The notes under the pieces are model-generated. The model was not told the origin of the DNA. It saw nothing but the letters and a program-made list of their open reading frames with translations, and did no database searches. The position numbers were made by a program, and so were the translations under genes. From contig CAXXYE010000009.1 in the NCBI GenBank assembly GCA_963674865.2, positions 1,568,001 through 1,632,000 on the forward strand: a stretch of 64,000 bases of DNA, given 5' to 3'. Positions within the stretch are counted from its first letter, which is position 1, and the number at the start of each line of letters is the position of its first letter. The stretch is from Candidatus Hydrogenedentota bacterium. GTDB taxonomy: Bacteria > Hydrogenedentota > Hydrogenedentia > Hydrogenedentales > SLHB01. Shown here piece by piece: positions 27,397 to 36,613 of the stretch.

Positions 27397-28776
27397 CTAT
27401 TCGGACGGCTCCTGGAGGCCGAACTTGGTGATGCGATGGCGCATCTGATCGCGGGACAGGCCGAGGAGCCGGGCCGCATGCGTTTGATTCCAATGGGTGC
27501 GTTCAAGGGCCTGCACGATGAGTCCGCGCTCAACATCGGCAAGGTCGCAGCCGTCTTGCGGCAGTGGGCAGGGGAATTCCTTGGCCGGGGCGGCGTGCCC
27601 CAGCACCGAGCGTCCGAGTAGGATATCGTCGTCCGTGAGGGTGTTTCCCGGACTGAGGAGGAATGCACGCTCGACGACATTGCGCAGCTCGCGGACATTT
27701 CCCGGCCAATGGTAGGCCCGCATCTTGTCGTAGGCGGCCGGGGCGAAGCCCTGGACCTGCCTATGGAACTCCTGGTTGAAGATGTGCCTGAAGTGTTCGG
27801 CGAGCAGGGGGATATCCTCACGCCGTTCCCGGAGGGGAGGAATGACAATTGGGAGGATGCTGAGGCGGTAGTAGAGGTCTTCACGAAACACACGTTCCTC
27901 AATGTCTTTCTGGAGGTCGCGGTTGGTGGAGGCCACGACGCGCACATCAACACTGACGTCAACCGTGCCTCCCACACGCCGGAATGCTTTTTCTTCGAGC
28001 ACCCGGAGCAGTTTGGCCTGGAGCGTTGTGGACATCTCACCGATCTCGTCCATGAAGACCGTGCCGCCATGAGCCAGCTCGAACAGGCCGCGTTTCTGGG
28101 CTTTCGCGTCCGTGAAGGCGCCCTTTTCGTGGCCGAAGAGTTCGGATTCAAGGAGGTTGTCGGGCAGGGCGGAGCAGGTGATGTTCATGAAGGGCTTATC
28201 GGCGCGCTCGGACTCGTAGTGGACGGCGCGGGCCACTAGGTCCTTGCCGGTGCCGCTTTCGCCAAGCAATAGAACGGTGGATGCCCCGCTCTTTGCTATT
28301 TTTGAGACGAGTGTCCGGATGGCTGCGATGCTGGGATGCTCGCCGATGATACCGGCCAGGTTGAACTGCGTCTTTTGCTGGGACACCTGAGTTCTGATGC
28401 GGGAACGGAGGTTGCTCGTTTCGAGCGCTCGGGCGATGGTGATGGCGAGTTCAGCCATGTTGAATGGCTTGGTGACATAGTCGAACGCTCCGGCGCGCAT
28501 GGCTGCGACGGCGTCGTTGATGCTCGAGAAAGCCGTGATGATGATGACGGGTGTATCCGGCGCCGTCTCATGGATGCGGCGGAGCAGGGCCATGCCCTCC
28601 GTATCGGGGAGGCGCTGGTCAAGCAGGGCCAAGTCGAAGGCATCTTCCCCTATGATGGCGTTCGCGGACGCGCCGTCGGGGGCCTCGAGCACATCATAGC
28701 CCTCCGAGGAGAGGAACTCCTTCAAGGTCCACCGAATCGTCTGTTCGTCGTCAACCACTAGTATGCGAGCGGGCAT
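27397..28776 (-). CDS. sigma54-dependent response regulator (NtrC/AtoC/PilR family)
   Basis: REC domain (VVDDE, LLDQRLP); GESGTGK; ESELFGHEKGAFTDA; FREDLYYRL; WPGNVREL; Fis-type HTH. Confidence 0.95.
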   Translation of the reverse strand: MPARILVVDDEQTIRWTLKEFLSSEGYDVLEAPDGASANAIIGEDAFDLALLDQRLPDTEGMALLRRIHETAPDTPVIIITAFSSINDAVAAMRAGAFDYVTKPFNMAELAITIARALETSNLRSRIRTQVSQQKTQFNLAGIIGEHPSIAAIRTLVSKIAKSGASTVLLLGESGTGKDLVARAVHYESERADKPFMNITCSALPDNLLESELFGHEKGAFTDAKAQKRGLFELAHGGTVFMDEIGEMSTTLQAKLLRVLEEKAFRRVGGTVDVSVDVRVVASTNRDLQKDIEERVFREDLYYRLSILPIVIPPLRERREDIPLLAEHFRHIFNQEFHRQVQGFAPAAYDKMRAYHWPGNVRELRNVVERAFLLSPGNTLTDDDILLGRSVLGHAAPAKEFPCPLPQDGCDLADVERGLIVQALERTHWNQTHAARLLGLSRDQMRHRITKFGLQEPSE

Positions 28777-28778
28777 TA

Positions 28779-30905
28779 TCAGTCCTCTCTTGGAAAGGTC
28801 AGTACGACTTCCGTACCTTCGCCGGCCACACTTCGGATCGCAATAGCGCCGCCGTGGGCTTCGACGATGCTCTTGCAGATGGGCAGGCCTAGTCCGGTGC
28901 CTTTGGTCTTCGTCGTGAAGAACGGGCGGAACGCTTCGGCTTGACGAGCGGCGTCCATCCCGGCGCCGTTGTCCCTTATCGTGACCACGGCCGCGCGGGG
29001 CCGTACTTCAAATGTAAAGCGGATTTCCCCGGCGCCCGTCATGGCCTGGGCGGCGTTCTGAATCAGGTTCAAGATTACCTGGTGGATGAGTGCGGCGTCC
29101 ACCGCGGCGTTAAGCGTTGGCTCGCCATCGAATGCAAAGGAGATTCCCCCGAATTGATCCTGCTCGGACGCGGAGCGACAGATCTGTTCCGCCAGGTCGC
29201 GCACATCACAGGTCTTCTTCTCGGGCTGCCACGGCCTGCTGAAGAGGAGAAAGTCGTGAACGGTGCGCTCCATGCGGGTGACTTCACTGAGGATCTCGTG
29301 GACGGCGCGGTCGCGCGTCTCGCTTGCGATTTTGGGATTGTTCAGAATCTGGGCGGCGCCGCTGATGCCGGCCAGGGGATTGCGGATTTCGTGGGCCACC
29401 GAGGCGCCCAGTTCGCCGATGGCGGCAAGGTGTTCGGTTTCGCGGAGTTTCTCATACATTCGGTTGAGTTCGGTGATGTCCCGAGCGATCAGGGTCAGGG
29501 GGGAATCGTCGGGGGCGTCGCCCGGCGCGCTTCTTGTCACGTGTAAGGGAAATGTGGTGCCGTCCTTCCGCTTGCCCACGAATTTGTGTCCGGAGATGGA
29601 GTCGCCTTTGCTGGGCGCCAGGAATCGCCTCAGGCTGGTGGCGGTCTTCTCGCTCGCGGGCTCCAGCAGCATATCGACGTGGCAACCGATGATCTCCTCG
29701 GGGGTGTAGCCGAACATGCGGGCGGCGGCGGGATTGAACGACTCAACGGCGCCGTCATCGCGGACCGTGATGACGCCGTCCGGGGCGGTGGTGAGAATGG
29801 CGCGAATGCGGCCTTCGCTTTGCTGAAGCGCCCTTTCGGCTTCCCGGCGCTGGGCGGCGTCGCCTTGTACGCGGCGTACCATGTTGTTGAATTCACGGGT
29901 GAGCCGGCCGAGCTCGTCCTGGCTCCAGATGTCCGTGAGCAGGGCGAGTTCGGACGTTTTATTGACGGTGCTGACGTGCCGCGTGAGTCGTTGGAGGGGC
30001 ATGATCACCGCGGAGCGCAAGAAGACGAGGAGGATGACCACGACGCCAAGGGCGACGACAATGGTGGCGCGTGCCGTGAAGCGGACGGCGGCCTTGCCTT
30101 GAGCCGTGATGTTTCTGGGCGCGTCCACCCGCAAGAGAAGGGCTGGGCGGCCGGTGACGTCTGGGAACGTGGTGTGTACGGCAAGGAAGTGTGAAGAGGT
30201 GCTCTCGAAGTGATAGTCCTGTCCTTCCGAGAACTTGGTGATCCTTTCGTGCACGTGTTCCGGGACGTAGCCGGGCCTCATCGGCCAGAGGCGGAACTGC
30301 ACGTTTGCCTGCGCGCCGATCTCGCGCACCATGTTGTCATCGAGCCAACGCGCCATAACCATGGCGCCGCGGATGGGGCCTTGATTGTTGCTGTGGATGA
30401 TAGGACACGACGCGACAAGCATGGGGCCGGTGGTGGTGAGAAAGACGCCGGATATGACGCGCGTGGGGCGTTTGAGCTGGAGCAGGGGGTGGGTAAGAGC
30501 CCATGCGGTGTGCGGGAATTCCTGGATGTCAATCTGCTTAGCCGCCTCGAGATCGTAGGCGCGTCCCCAGACAACACGCCCTTTGGTGTTAAGGATATAG
30601 AGGAGATTGATCCGATTATCCGTGAAGGTGGACAGGCCAAGGTTCGACCTCACATAGTCAGGATCTCTTCCCTGCACAAAGGCGTAGGTGTCATCCCAGG
30701 CCGCCCAATCGAAGCAGATCTGGTCGAGGTGATCCATCTCGCGCTGCAGCAGGCCGACGCACCGATCCATATCTTTGCGCGCCTCGACGCGCTCGAGTTC
30801 CGTGAAGCTCGGCAGAAGGACCTTCTGCTGGGTGATGTAATTCACCGTCACGGATACCGCCGTGACGAGCAGGAGGATAAGGACGACTTTCTGCCTAAGC
30901 GACAT
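28779..30905 (-). CDS. CHASE4-HAMP-PAS sensor histidine kinase
   Basis: DWAAWDDTYAF (CHASE4); DELGRL (HAMP); PAS; HEIRNPL; NLIQNA; DNGAG; GTGLGL. Confidence 0.93.
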   Translation of the reverse strand: MSLRQKVVLILLLVTAVSVTVNYITQQKVLLPSFTELERVEARKDMDRCVGLLQREMDHLDQICFDWAAWDDTYAFVQGRDPDYVRSNLGLSTFTDNRINLLYILNTKGRVVWGRAYDLEAAKQIDIQEFPHTAWALTHPLLQLKRPTRVISGVFLTTTGPMLVASCPIIHSNNQGPIRGAMVMARWLDDNMVREIGAQANVQFRLWPMRPGYVPEHVHERITKFSEGQDYHFESTSSHFLAVHTTFPDVTGRPALLLRVDAPRNITAQGKAAVRFTARATIVVALGVVVILLVFLRSAVIMPLQRLTRHVSTVNKTSELALLTDIWSQDELGRLTREFNNMVRRVQGDAAQRREAERALQQSEGRIRAILTTAPDGVITVRDDGAVESFNPAAARMFGYTPEEIIGCHVDMLLEPASEKTATSLRRFLAPSKGDSISGHKFVGKRKDGTTFPLHVTRSAPGDAPDDSPLTLIARDITELNRMYEKLRETEHLAAIGELGASVAHEIRNPLAGISGAAQILNNPKIASETRDRAVHEILSEVTRMERTVHDFLLFSRPWQPEKKTCDVRDLAEQICRSASEQDQFGGISFAFDGEPTLNAAVDAALIHQVILNLIQNAAQAMTGAGEIRFTFEVRPRAAVVTIRDNGAGMDAARQAEAFRPFFTTKTKGTGLGLPICKSIVEAHGGAIAIRSVAGEGTEVVLTFPRED

Positions 30906-31088
30906 TCGCGATACGCCTCGCCGCTGAGTTTCCCGTGCGCCCGCGCGGCCCATTCTGCCGGGTGCTTGGCAGAGTCTTGCGAGGTGTGTACATCATCAAC
31001 GACAGTGTGACCCAAACGCAGGCATGGATCAATGTCCCGGCGCGCTGGTGAACGCGCAGCGGGCCCTCGTGTGTTAGAATGCCGACTC

Positions 31089-31805
31089 ATGGATGTCGAA
31101 GCCTTGGACACGCCGCTCATCGCGGTGCGCGACTTGACGAAGGACTACGCCATGGGCACAACCGTGGTCCGGGCGTTGCAGGGCGTCACGTTTACTATCA
31201 AGCGGGGCGCGTTTGTCGCGATCATGGGGCCTTCAGGCTCCGGCAAGACGACGTTGATGGATATTCTGGGGTGTCTTTCGCGTCCAACGTCCGGGACATA
31301 CGCGCTGGACAGGATGCCGGTGGATCGGTTGCCGGAGAATCGCCTGGCCGAATTGCGCAATCATGAGATCGGATTCGTATTTCAGACGTTTAACCTGCTT
31401 CCGCGCAGCACGGCCCTGGGCAATGTCGAATTGCCTCTCCTGTATGATGCGGTGCCCAGGAGAGAACGGGAACAGCGTGCCATGGAGGCGCTTGAGGCGG
31501 TGGGATTGGGCGACAGGGCCGATCACCGGCCGAACGAGTTGTCGGGTGGCCAGCGGCAGCGCGTTGCCATTGCGCGGGCCTTGGTGAACCGGCCTTCGAT
31601 TGTGTTTGCGGATGAGCCGACGGGAAACCTGGATACGGCCAGTGGGGCCACCATCCTCGAGTTGTTCCACGAACTCAACAGGAAGGGCAATACCATTGTT
31701 ATCGTGACGCATGAACGCGAGATCGCCGAGTGTGCGCAGCGGATCATGAGTCTGCGCGACGGCAAAGTGGTGGGAGACGAATGCCTAAACGACGATATCC
31801 CGTAG
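31089..31805 (+). CDS. ABC transporter ATP-binding protein (MacB/LolD-like)
   Basis: GPSGSGKT; LSGGQRQRVAIARAL; ADEPTGNLD; VTHE. Confidence 0.95.
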   Translation: MDVEALDTPLIAVRDLTKDYAMGTTVVRALQGVTFTIKRGAFVAIMGPSGSGKTTLMDILGCLSRPTSGTYALDRMPVDRLPENRLAELRNHEIGFVFQTFNLLPRSTALGNVELPLLYDAVPRREREQRAMEALEAVGLGDRADHRPNELSGGQRQRVAIARALVNRPSIVFADEPTGNLDTASGATILELFHELNRKGNTIVIVTHEREIAECAQRIMSLRDGKVVGDECLNDDIP

Positions 31806-33025
31806 CCAAATTCGCCGCGTGGGCGATCGGGCTCATCGTGATCGTATCGCCGGTGCTCTTCGTCAGTCGCGAGGAGCCGGTCGATGTGACGGCTATGCGG
31901 ATCACCCGGGGGCACGTAGAGCAGACGGTGACGGCCATTGCCTCAGGTTCCGTGGTGCCGCGTCTTGATGCCATGGTTGCGTCCGAGCTGATGGGCACGG
32001 TTGTGGAGCTCCCCTACGAGGAAGGGGAGCGCGTCGAAGAGGGCGCCATCCTAGTCGCGTTGAATCACGCCGATCTCGATGCCCGAGTGGCGCTTGCGGA
32101 GGCGAACTTGCGCGTGGGAACGTCGCGCCTCGAACAGACGCGTTTAGCTGCGAAGATCTACGAGGAGGTTACCGCGGCGCGGGTGAGTCAGACGCAGGCT
32201 CAACTCGAGCTCGCGCGCGTGGACTTCGACCGCATTAAAAGCTTGTCGGAAAAGCGGGCCGTTTCCCAGAGCGATCTCGACAAGACGGAACTGGCCCTGC
32301 GTGTGGCGCAGGAGACGTACTCGACGGCGCTGGCCAATCAGCGGGAGAACCTGGTGCGGCAAGAGGAGGTCCGATCGGCGGAATCCGGCATGGAGCAGCT
32401 CGAAGCGGCCCTGACGGTCGCGCGAGCCACGCGAGATAAGGCCTTCGTGCGGGCGCCTTTCGCGGGGATCGTGGCCAAGGTGCTTCCTGAAGTGGGCGAA
32501 GCCGTAGCCATGGGGATGCCGCTCGTTCAGTTGGTGCAGGAGCGTGATTGCTATGTCGAGGCGCCGTTTGATGAGGCCAACGCAGCCGAGATTCAAGTGG
32601 GGCAAAAGGCCCGGATCAACATCGATGCCTACCGGGGCGTGGACTTCCCCGGCGAGGTGACGTTTATTTCGCCTGTCGTCCACCTCAACGCGGATCTGAG
32701 CCGGACGTTGACCCTGAAGTTGCGCATACTCGAGGGCGCGGAGAAGTTCACCCCGGGGATGTCGGCGGACGTGACGGTTCTTGTCGACGAGAAAGAAGGC
32801 GCCCTGTTCGTACCTAGCGAGTCCCTGATCCGGCAGCGCTTCGTCTACATCATTCGCGGTGGCCGGGCCGTGCGCACCGAGGTCGTCCCGGGCGTAGGTA
32901 ACTGGAATACGCGGGAGATCACGGCGGGGCTTAACGAAGGCGATTCGATTGTCACGTCCGTCTCGCTAAAAGAGTTGAAGGACGGCGTCAAGGTGAAGGT
33001 GGTGGATGACCTCGAGCTTCGCTGA
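31781..33025 (+). CDS. membrane fusion / periplasmic adaptor protein (MacA-like)
   Basis: N-terminal TM; coiled coil; RAPFAGIV; PGMSADV. Confidence 0.9.
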   Translation: MPKRRYPVAKFAAWAIGLIVIVSPVLFVSREEPVDVTAMRITRGHVEQTVTAIASGSVVPRLDAMVASELMGTVVELPYEEGERVEEGAILVALNHADLDARVALAEANLRVGTSRLEQTRLAAKIYEEVTAARVSQTQAQLELARVDFDRIKSLSEKRAVSQSDLDKTELALRVAQETYSTALANQRENLVRQEEVRSAESGMEQLEAALTVARATRDKAFVRAPFAGIVAKVLPEVGEAVAMGMPLVQLVQERDCYVEAPFDEANAAEIQVGQKARINIDAYRGVDFPGEVTFISPVVHLNADLSRTLTLKLRILEGAEKFTPGMSADVTVLVDEKEGALFVPSESLIRQRFVYIIRGGRAVRTEVVPGVGNWNTREITAGLNEGDSIVTSVSLKELKDGVKVKVVDDLELR

Positions 33026-33088
33026 TCTCTTTGCATCCGCCTCTTCCGTATCCGGCCAGGCGGGCAAGGCCAAGGAAACGCGCGTGCC

Positions 33089-34300
33089 ATGAGTCCCCTC
33101 GAATGCATCGGCACGGCGGTGCGGTCCATCGCGCAGAATAAGGTGCGGTCGGCCCTCACCATGCTGGGCGTGATCATCGGTGTCATGTCCGTGATCCTGC
33201 TGATCTCGCTCGGGGAGAGTGCGCAGGTTTACGTTCAGCGTGAGTTCGCTGGACTCGGCTCGAACATTCTTCTGATCACCCCCGGAAAACAGGAGACCTC
33301 GGGGATGATGCCGGTGATCTCAGGGAGTTTCAAGAAGCTTACCTACGAGAATGCCAAGGAAATTGGCCGGAAGGCGGCGGGTGTCCGCGGTGTGGCGCCG
33401 GTTGTTCTCGGCGCGGGCTATGTCCGCTTCGGGGATCGGCGACGCGATACAATGGTGATAGGCGTGACCCCGGAGTTTGAGGAAGTGCGGGAGCTGTATA
33501 CGCAGATTGGCCGCTTCGTCACCGAGCAGGATATCGACAAGAACAATCGCGTATGTGTGCTGGGAACCACCGTGAAGCGGGAGTTGTTCGGCAACGATAC
33601 GGCGCTCCATGAGCGCGTGTCGATCAATCGCTCGAAGCATTTGGTCGTTGGCATCATGGAGGAGAAGGGGTGGTCGCTGGGAGTCAACCTGGACGACGTG
33701 GTGTTTGTGCCACTGAGAAGTGCTCAACAGCTTTTCCACGGCGGGGAAGATGAGCTTTTCGAGATTCTGATAGCCGCGCGGAGTCCTGAGGACGTAGAGC
33801 CGGTGTCCGACTCTATCCGCGAGATTCTAACGGCCGCACACGACTACACGGAGGACTTCACGATCACGGACCAGGATTCGATGCTGGGCACTTTCAGTAC
33901 CATCCTGGACATGCTGCGGTTCATGCTCGTGGGCATCGCGTGCATCTCGCTGCTGGTGGGCGGGATTGGCATCATGAACATTATGCTTGTGTCGGTTCGT
34001 GAGCGGACGCGCGAGGTGGGCATCAGGAAGGCCGTAGGCGCGAAGCGCCGCGATATCTGGCTTCAATTTCTCATCGAGTCGGTGACCTTGAGCTGTATTG
34101 GCGGCATGCTTGGGATCTTCCTAGGCTGGCTGGGCACCGCCCTCATCAAAGGCGTCTATCCCGCCCTGCCCATCGGGCTCTCGGCTTGGTCCGTCTCGCT
34201 GTCTTTCTTCTTCAGCGTGGCTGTGGGCGCCTTCTTTGGCGTCTATCCGTCCGTTAAGGCGGCCGCCGTGGATCCCGTCGAGGCCCTCCGGTATGAATGA
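33089..34300 (+). CDS. ABC transporter permease (MacB/FtsX-like)
   Basis: RSALTMLGVIIG; GGIGIMNIMLVSVRERTREVGIRKAVGA; DPVEALRYE. Confidence 0.95.
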   Translation: MSPLECIGTAVRSIAQNKVRSALTMLGVIIGVMSVILLISLGESAQVYVQREFAGLGSNILLITPGKQETSGMMPVISGSFKKLTYENAKEIGRKAAGVRGVAPVVLGAGYVRFGDRRRDTMVIGVTPEFEEVRELYTQIGRFVTEQDIDKNNRVCVLGTTVKRELFGNDTALHERVSINRSKHLVVGIMEEKGWSLGVNLDDVVFVPLRSAQQLFHGGEDELFEILIAARSPEDVEPVSDSIREILTAAHDYTEDFTITDQDSMLGTFSTILDMLRFMLVGIACISLLVGGIGIMNIMLVSVRERTREVGIRKAVGAKRRDIWLQFLIESVTLSCIGGMLGIFLGWLGTALIKGVYPALPIGLSAWSVSLSFFFSVAVGAFFGVYPSVKAAAVDPVEALRYE

Positions 34301-34312
34301 CGAGGTGGCGCT

Positions 34313-34681
34313 ATGATTCGAGGTATAGGCATCGACATCGTAGACGTGGCGGACATGGCCCGGCGTCTCGAACGGGGCGCCATCAAGAAAGTGTTCAGCG
34401 AAGCCGAACTGGCCTATGCCGACGCCCGGCCCGGCCGCCGCGCCCAGATTCTCGCCGCGCGCTGGGCCGCGAAAGAAGCTTTCGGCAAGGCCCTGGGAAC
34501 GGGCTTAAGATTAGGTTGGCCTCACGCGGAGATTGAGGTGACACACGACTTGGAACGCCGGCCGGTGCTTCGGCTTGGACCTGCCGTGGCCCACCTGGTA
34601 TCGCTGGGTGGGCGGATTCACCTGTCCTTGAGCCACACACCATCCTGCGCAGTGGCGGTGGTGATCATCGAGGAGGCCTGA
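34313..34681 (+). CDS. acpS: holo-[acyl-carrier-protein] synthase
   Basis: GIGIDIV; ARWAAKEAFGKALGTG; LSLSH. Confidence 0.93.
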   Translation: MIRGIGIDIVDVADMARRLERGAIKKVFSEAELAYADARPGRRAQILAARWAAKEAFGKALGTGLRLGWPHAEIEVTHDLERRPVLRLGPAVAHLVSLGGRIHLSLSHTPSCAVAVVIIEEA

Positions 34682-34703
34682 CAAAAAGCAAAAGCCGGGG
34701 CGT

Positions 34704-35516
34704 CTATTCGACGAAGGTGGCCTGTTTGATATAGTCGAGTTCCGGCCAGTCGGCTAGGTACTCGTTGCCTTCCTCTTGAATGCGAGTCTGGTCCGGGCCC
34801 TGGCCTCCGCCTTGCGGCCCTTCACCGTAGCCGGAATAGATTGCGTCGACCACTTCCATGCCTTTCACCACTTTCCCGACGGGCGCGAAGCCCTGGTCGT
34901 CGAGATTGATGTTGTCTTGGAAGTTGATGAAGAGCTGGGTGGTTCGGCGTGCGTTCGTAACGCCGGGGGGGTGCGGCATGCCGGGCATGGCGAAGGTGAT
35001 CGTTCCTCGCACGTTAGAGGCCGTCACCTTGTCGGGCTCGATGTAGCTATCGCGCCACCTGGCCTGAATCCTGGGATCGCCCGCGATACCGAACTGAGCC
35101 ATGAAGCCTGCGAGGACGCGGAAGAACCTGACCTCGTTGAAGAAGCCGACCTTCACGAGTTCATAAACGCGTGCGACGCCTTGAGGCGCCCAATCCTTGT
35201 GGAATTCCGCGATGAAATCACCGTTAGAGCACTCAAACTTGACTTTGAACACGTCTGGTACCTCGCCCAGCTTTACGCCGATTGGGGACCCGCCGCCGCG
35301 GGGAAGGGCACTGGCCGCTGCCGGGGCCGCCCCTTCCTCGGTGGGCGAAGAGCCCGTGTCGCTGTCGCCGTATACCTGTGTCTCGACGGCCTCGAACAGC
35401 GCCTCCTCCGTCAACCGATTAGAAACGAAATGTCGATACCCGACGTATCCCGTGGCTGCCACGATCACGACAAGTACCGCTGCAATGCCTAGCCACTTCA
35501 CCGTATTTCCTCCCAA
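34704..35516 (-). CDS. membrane-anchored cyclophilin-type peptidyl-prolyl isomerase
   Basis: FFRVLAGFMAQFG; SNVRGTITFA; TTQLFIN; GFAPVGKVVKGMEVVD. Confidence 0.92.
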   Translation of the reverse strand: MGGNTVKWLGIAAVLVVIVAATGYVGYRHFVSNRLTEEALFEAVETQVYGDSDTGSSPTEEGAAPAAASALPRGGGSPIGVKLGEVPDVFKVKFECSNGDFIAEFHKDWAPQGVARVYELVKVGFFNEVRFFRVLAGFMAQFGIAGDPRIQARWRDSYIEPDKVTASNVRGTITFAMPGMPHPPGVTNARRTTQLFINFQDNINLDDQGFAPVGKVVKGMEVVDAIYSGYGEGPQGGGQGPDQTRIQEEGNEYLADWPELDYIKQATFVE

Positions 35517-35542
35517 GACGCTCTGACTGTCTTTGCCTCAGT

Positions 35543-36613
35543 TCATTGCTCGACGTCGCCAACGGGGAATGATCCGAGCACCTTTAGCTCGTTGGCGTTT
35601 TCGCCTACTTCATCGAGTGCCTGCCGTACGCCGGGATCATCGACGTGGCCGAACATGTCCACAAAGAAGACGTACTCCCATGCCTTCTTTCGAGACGGCC
35701 GCGACTCGATGCGCGTGAGGTTGATGCCTGCGCCCGCAAACGGCATCAGAAGATCGTACAGCGCCCCGGGGCGATCCTTGGTGGATATGAGCACTGAGGT
35801 TCGGTCGTGTCCCGTGCGCTTGGCCATCTGGTGGCCGATGAGGAAGAATCTTGTGTAGTTATGGGGAGCGTCCTCGATACGCTCGACAAGGATGTTTACG
35901 CCGTACGCTTCGGCGGCGAGCTTACTGGCCACCGCGGCGGCGCCGGGCTCACCCTCGGCGATCCGGGCGGCTTCCGCGGTGCTTGACGTGGCAATCAGAT
36001 CGGCGTTCGGCAGGTTCGCCTTGAGCCAGTTGCGGCACTGTACGAAGGACTGGTCTTTCGAGTAGACCTTGGCGATCTCGTCGAGGCTGCAGTTGGCAAG
36101 CAGATTGTGGGATACGTGCAAGAGGATCTCGTTAATGATCTTGAGGTCGGATATCACGAAGCGGTCGAGCGTATCGCTGACGCCGCCGCCCATCGAGCTT
36201 TCGACAGGTACGACGCCGTAGTCGATGCGGCCGCGTTCGACCTCGGTGAAGATGTCTGAAACCGAGGCGACGGGGTGGTAGTCGGCGGTGGATCCGAAGA
36301 TGCGGAGCGCTGCCATATGGCTGAACGTGTGTTTGGGGCCGAGAAAAGCCACGGTGATGGGCCTTTCCAGCGCCCGGATTGCGCTGATCACCTCGCGGTA
36401 GATCGCCTTGACCGCCTTATCCGGCAAGGGGCCGGGATTCTGGCGCTTCAGCTTCTCGAAAATGGCCTTCTCGCGTTCGGGTACGTAGCAAGCCGCGTTG
36501 TTGGATTTCTTGATCCTGCCGATCTCGATGGCGCAATTGGCGCGCTCATTGAGCAGCCCCAGGATTTCGGCGTCCAACGCGTCGATACGTTTTCGCAGTT
36601 CCTCGAGACTCAC
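35543..36613 (-). CDS. pheA: chorismate mutase / prephenate dehydratase (P-protein)
   Basis: LRKRIDALD (AroQ); FLGP; PVE; NYTRF; ACT domain with LTRIESRP. Confidence 0.96.
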   Translation of the reverse strand: MSLEELRKRIDALDAEILGLLNERANCAIEIGRIKKSNNAACYVPEREKAIFEKLKRQNPGPLPDKAVKAIYREVISAIRALERPITVAFLGPKHTFSHMAALRIFGSTADYHPVASVSDIFTEVERGRIDYGVVPVESSMGGGVSDTLDRFVISDLKIINEILLHVSHNLLANCSLDEIAKVYSKDQSFVQCRNWLKANLPNADLIATSSTAEAARIAEGEPGAAAVASKLAAEAYGVNILVERIEDAPHNYTRFFLIGHQMAKRTGHDRTSVLISTKDRPGALYDLLMPFAGAGINLTRIESRPSRKKAWEYVFFVDMFGHVDDPGVRQALDEVGENANELKVLGSFPVGDVEQ

